A stretch of 64,000 bases of DNA from positions 32,001 to 96,000 of the forward strand of contig CAZUFC010000005.1 in assembly GCA_964619725.1 (NCBI GenBank), read 5' to 3'. The stretch is from an uncultured bacterium (GTDB lineage: Bacteria > CSSED10-310 > CAZUFC01). Positions within the stretch are counted from its first letter, which is position 1, and the number at the start of each line of letters is the position of its first letter. Below are positions 60,368 through 64,000 of this stretch, one piece after another. The translations under genes and the position numbers were made by a program. The notes under the pieces were generated by a model, which saw nothing but the letters and a program-made list of their open reading frames with translations, was not told the origin of the DNA and did no database searches.

Positions 60368-60812
60368 CTTAAGAAAGAAACTAAATTTTGGGACTGATCA
60401 AAACGTGGTTATACTTTTTTCAAAACGTTTGACGGTTTGTTTAAGTAATCGGGGTTGGGGTCGGTATCGGGGTCGGGGTTAGGGTCGGGGTCGGGATCGT
60501 CATCGAAACAAAATGATGGGATATTTGAAAGAATTGTAACCTCAAAAGACGCATTTTTGATCAATGCCGGAATTTTTGGACTGATCCTACCGGCGCTGCT
60601 CTTTTCCATAAAACCTTTGACTGATTGTAATCCCCATAAAAAAACTGATTCTCGCCCACAATTATCTGTTTGACCAATTCACTGCTGTTTTTCATCAATG
60701 ACCGTTTTTTTCGATACCGACATCAACCCGCTATTTCCGAAACAAATCGTCAAACGTTTTGAAAAAGGCGAACCCCCGGTTTGGTCAGTCCCAAAATTTT
60801 TGTTCCCTTAAG
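60368..60812. mobile_element. Non-autonomous element of about 445 bp with long imperfect TIRs
   Basis: AAATTTTGGGACTGA..AAA...TTTTTCAAAACGTTTGACG mirrored at 60748-60799; CTTAAG at both ends. Confidence 0.7.
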
Positions 60813-60917
60813 CCAGGTCGCTCCTTCTTCGCGCAGATTCACGGACGATAAACTCTTCACACAGTGCATCCGGCAGGTCTTTGACGCCGACGAAAACATT
60901 TGTTTATCCAGGAAAGC

Positions 60918-60961
60918 AGAACGCCTTTCTTCCATCCTGCTGGACGGAAGAAAGGCGTTCT
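60918..60961 (-). terminator. Perfect 16-bp hairpin downstream of the YVTN gene
   Basis: AGAACGCCTTTCTTCC / GGAAGAAAGGCGTTCT, about 20 nt after the stop. Confidence 0.7.
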
Positions 60962-60982
60962 AAGGTTTATGAACCGCTTTTA

Positions 60983-62365
60983 TCAAGGATGCCAGTCGAA
61001 GCTGACGGTGTCCAGCTCGCCGATGATATCGGTAATTTCAGGATTAGTCGCCCCGGCATACCATGTCGCTGTCCCGCTGCCGGCTCCTGAAGGCCACACG
61101 AAGGGGTCCAGCACATTTATCAGCGTTTCTCCGGGGTTCAGGTCGTACGTGTAATGATCGAAGCTGGAAAATGAGGGAGCGAAGAAGTATTCGCCGTACA
61201 CGTCGAGAATGGCGAAAACGGGCGTTTCTTCCATCGTCGTTGCATTGGTATTGCAAAACGTTACGTTGCAGTAGTACTCGTCGCCTGCGCCGAAATCTGT
61301 TTCGGGCAGTTCAATTGAGCAGCCCAGGGTTGAACAGCTCGAAGGTTCTTCGCTGATCACGATCCCTACCGGTGATGCGTTATAACCAGGTTCGGTATTC
61401 AGGTCCACTGAGTCCGCATAGGTTAAACTTTCGCCGCTGACGTCGTATGCATAACATTCATCTTCATTATGCTCCGTGACGTAAATCCGGCTGCCTGCCG
61501 CGTTGACGGCTATTCTTCTCGGATTGCTGGGAATATCGGCTGAAGATACTATCGTCTCGTCGCTCAACCTCATCATGTTCACCACCGCATCAACACCCAG
61601 GTAGTGACCTATGAACAAATATTCGCCGTCAGGCGATATTCCTATGCCTCGAGGCTTCATTTCATCTGTCGTTATGGGCGCCAGCGCCTCGTCGTCCGAT
61701 GTTCTTATCACTTCAATCTGATCCTCCGCCATATTGCTGACGTAAACGCGGCTGTCGTCAGGGGTGATTACCGCATCCTGAAGAGCATATCCGTCGAAGT
61801 CAAGAACGGTCGTTACAGTATTATCAGAGGTCCTCAAAACATAAACGTCCGCATTCTGATAATCCACGATGTAGGCTTTTTCTCCGTCTGAAGTAAAAAC
61901 GATGAAATTAGGACGGCCGCCTATGGATACGGTGTCGACGTAAGCCGCTGTCGAGGCGTTATATATACCTATTTCCCCCGTTTCCTCAAACGTTACGTAT
62001 GCTTGATTCCCGTCCGGCGTGATAGCCGCGCCCATCGGACGGTTTAAAATTATATCCCCAAGGTCGATCGTTGTGATGCTGGTGAATGTCTCCGTGTCGA
62101 TCAGCATTATATATTCCCGTGGTGGGCAAGTCACCCATAAACGCGATCTGTCCGGCGTTATCGCCACCGTGTGCGCATTATCATACAATTGCAGCGTATC
62201 CACTATTTCGAGATCGTCCGCATTCAGCTTCGCCAGAGTCGCCCAATAGGGACTGTCGCCGTGAACATACGAATTCACCACGTAAACATAGTCCTGTGCC
62301 GATACCGACACTACGGTCAACAAGACCGCCGCCGTCATTATCATTATTGCTCTCATTCTCATCAT
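60983..62365 (-). CDS. Secreted YVTN/YncE beta-propeller protein with shared CTD
   Basis: AITPD.SRLWV / ITPDG..AYV blades; CTD ILDVYGEYFFAPSF...FVWP. Confidence 0.85.
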   Translation of the reverse strand: MMRMRAIMIMTAAVLLTVVSVSAQDYVYVVNSYVHGDSPYWATLAKLNADDLEIVDTLQLYDNAHTVAITPDRSRLWVTCPPREYIMLIDTETFTSITTIDLGDIILNRPMGAAITPDGNQAYVTFEETGEIGIYNASTAAYVDTVSIGGRPNFIVFTSDGEKAYIVDYQNADVYVLRTSDNTVTTVLDFDGYALQDAVITPDDSRVYVSNMAEDQIEVIRTSDDEALAPITTDEMKPRGIGISPDGEYLFIGHYLGVDAVVNMMRLSDETIVSSADIPSNPRRIAVNAAGSRIYVTEHNEDECYAYDVSGESLTYADSVDLNTEPGYNASPVGIVISEEPSSCSTLGCSIELPETDFGAGDEYYCNVTFCNTNATTMEETPVFAILDVYGEYFFAPSFSSFDHYTYDLNPGETLINVLDPFVWPSGAGSGTATWYAGATNPEITDIIGELDTVSFDWHP

Positions 62366-62659
62366 TTTTCCTCCTTGGTATCTTCCTGTTTCTTTTTCTG
62401 AAGCCGTATTTAAACCGACTCCAGACTGTTGATAAAGACAGAAGCAAATCTCATGCCGACTTCCTGTCCGATTGGGACCACTGTCAAATGCCGTTCATTA
62501 ATTCCTGTTATGAAAGCTGCTGATGAGAAACCGGATGTCGTTGATATTGTTAATCAGACTTGGCTTCATACTCTTGTTGTTTCTTTTTGGCCCAACAGAA
62601 AATACCGTACGTTTCCTGAAGATACACGCCAACGGCTTTTTTTGAATTTTTTCAGAGAC

Positions 62660-62720
62660 TTAGCGCGGATTCCTCATACCGAAACTGTTTATGATCAATT
62701 CAGCATGAGAAATCCGGACT
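62660..62720. mobile_element. Minimal MITE-like copy, TIR family B
   Basis: TTAGCGCGGATTCCTCATA ... ATGAGAAATCCGGA; same ends as 21696-21880. Confidence 0.5.
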
Positions 62721-62748
62721 CTTACTTATATCTTCTATAAGAGTAGCA

Positions 62749-63999
62749 TCACTTCGGTTTGACGTAAAAAACGGGTACGAGTCCTCCGCCCTGGTGAATA
62801 TTGATGATCGTTCCCGCTGCGGCTCTCACGAACGAGCCGGCAAAATTTCCGTCGTGCGACCAGAAATTGATGTTCACATTTTTGTCTTCAAATCCCTGCA
62901 ATTTATCGCCTTCCATTACGGGAAACTTTTCCTTGGGAATGTTGACCAATTCCTGCGCCGTATAGGTCGTCCCTTCCCGGAAACTCTTTTCCATCAAATC
63001 TTCCCATTCTCGCTGATTGGAGCTTATGCCTACCAGTATGCCGAATCCCCCGTAACCGTCATTCGGTTTCAGGACGAATTCGTTCTTATGGTTCCTGACA
63101 AAAGAAACCAGGTCTATTTCTTTGCCCTTATAGTCCGTTTTTCCCTCCAGTAATGTCCGGGTCCAGGGAATGTGTTTTCGATGCGCTTCACGTTCCTCCG
63201 GCGAGAATATACTGTCGTATTGCGGATCGCTCAATATCTCCAGTATGGACTTCCAGTCGCCCGTTGCAGCGCTGACGGGATTCACGAAACAGACATTGCC
63301 TTCACGGTATGCATTGAGCACGGGTTGCGATTTTTCCCAGAATTCATCCAGAATGAAATCATCCAGCGCATCCCGGTATATAAGATGTATCGGTTGGCCC
63401 TTCAACGTCAGGGTCTTTCCGTCATAATCGAAGTCGCGGGGATCGGCGAAGTGCGCGTTGTGACCCATCTGCTTATAATACTCGACGAAGGAGAGAAAAT
63501 CGCTGAGTATGGTGGATTCGTTCCAGCAAACGAAGGCTATGTTGGGTTTTTCCAGGGGTTCTATGCCTTTATTTTCGCACCATTGTCTGTATTTTCTGAG
63601 GAAAATGGTGAAATGGGATTTAACCAGCCAGTCCACAATCACCTCATATTTCTTCTGTAATTCCTTGATCACCGGCAATTCTAAAAACATTTCCAACAGA
63701 TTGTCATGCCAGCCCATCCCGCTTGGATCGCCGCAATTAAACTCCAGATACTTCAGTTCGCCGGTCTCCGGAATATAGAAAACATCCAGACGATTAACGA
63801 TCTGATGACCCGGATACCCGGCATCAATATTGGCCAGTTCCGCAGTCCGCCCGCTGATCTGAATTTGTTTTTTGAACGCGCCTTCCTGGAAGTAGGCATC
63901 GCCTATTTTGTTCAATGAAGAGATCATAAGTTGAGTCGTTTTACCGAAAAAATTTCTGTCTCCGGCATCGACGAAATAGGGTTTGAGGTATGTAGGAAA
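62749..63999 (-). CDS. Circularly permuted ATP-grasp (glutathionylspermidine-synthase-like) ligase, 5'-truncated by the window edge
   Basis: RLD, LEFNCGDPSG, VLKPNDGYGGFGI, AQE, NIHQGGG; frame is open to the window end. Confidence 0.8.
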   Translation of the reverse strand, partial: FPTYLKPYFVDAGDRNFFGKTTQLMISSLNKIGDAYFQEGAFKKQIQISGRTAELANIDAGYPGHQIVNRLDVFYIPETGELKYLEFNCGDPSGMGWHDNLLEMFLELPVIKELQKKYEVIVDWLVKSHFTIFLRKYRQWCENKGIEPLEKPNIAFVCWNESTILSDFLSFVEYYKQMGHNAHFADPRDFDYDGKTLTLKGQPIHLIYRDALDDFILDEFWEKSQPVLNAYREGNVCFVNPVSAATGDWKSILEILSDPQYDSIFSPEEREAHRKHIPWTRTLLEGKTDYKGKEIDLVSFVRNHKNEFVLKPNDGYGGFGILVGISSNQREWEDLMEKSFREGTTYTAQELVNIPKEKFPVMEGDKLQGFEDKNVNINFWSHDGNFAGSFVRAAAGTIINIHQGGGLVPVFYVKPK

Positions 64000-64000
64000 A

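Noticed and set aside
60409-60673. DPDP / GSGS small ORFs
   Set aside because: Products of hexamer repeats within the non-coding element
7046-62365. Shared tails as T9SS CTD, dockerin or SLH
   Set aside because: No YPNP/G.Y/K..K pattern, no duplicated Ca-binding loops and no SLH motif; judged by eye only, so an HMM check is still needed

Overview
Bacterial chromosomal window, most likely from an anaerobic, protein-scavenging, uncultured lineage; the taxon cannot be fixed from sequence alone. It opens with an electron-bifurcation-type hdrC-hdrB-(winged-helix ORF)-hdrA/hdrL-mvhD operon. Much of the rest encodes large secreted modular proteins: transglutaminase-like, M14 carboxypeptidase, C25 gingipain-like, two beta-propellers, a GH-A-like TIM barrel, an MBL hydrolase and two lamin-tail proteins. 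Other genes include proline dehydrogenase, an MNT-HEPN toxin-antitoxin pair, a Ser/Thr kinase, an FHA-sigma54 activator, an MglA-like GTPase, MltD, Vsr, LemA, TldD/E, an NCS2 permease and a circularly permuted ATP-grasp cut by the window edge. The strongest signal is that six unrelated signal-peptide proteins scattered across the window end in the same ~115-125 aa domain (LxxP..F..GD...N...LDVYG.YWF.P.W...F.WP..AG...F..AL...[FW]x[FWY]-end). I cannot assign it to a known family, and it looks like the tag of an undescribed protein sorting or surface-anchoring system. A second, IPTL/PEP-CTERM-like tail marks the two lamin-tail proteins. Intergenic DNA holds several MITE/REP-like repeat families, a candidate antisense sRNA and a local GC-skew switch. 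I found no rRNA, tRNA, CRISPR array, transposase or reverse transcriptase.
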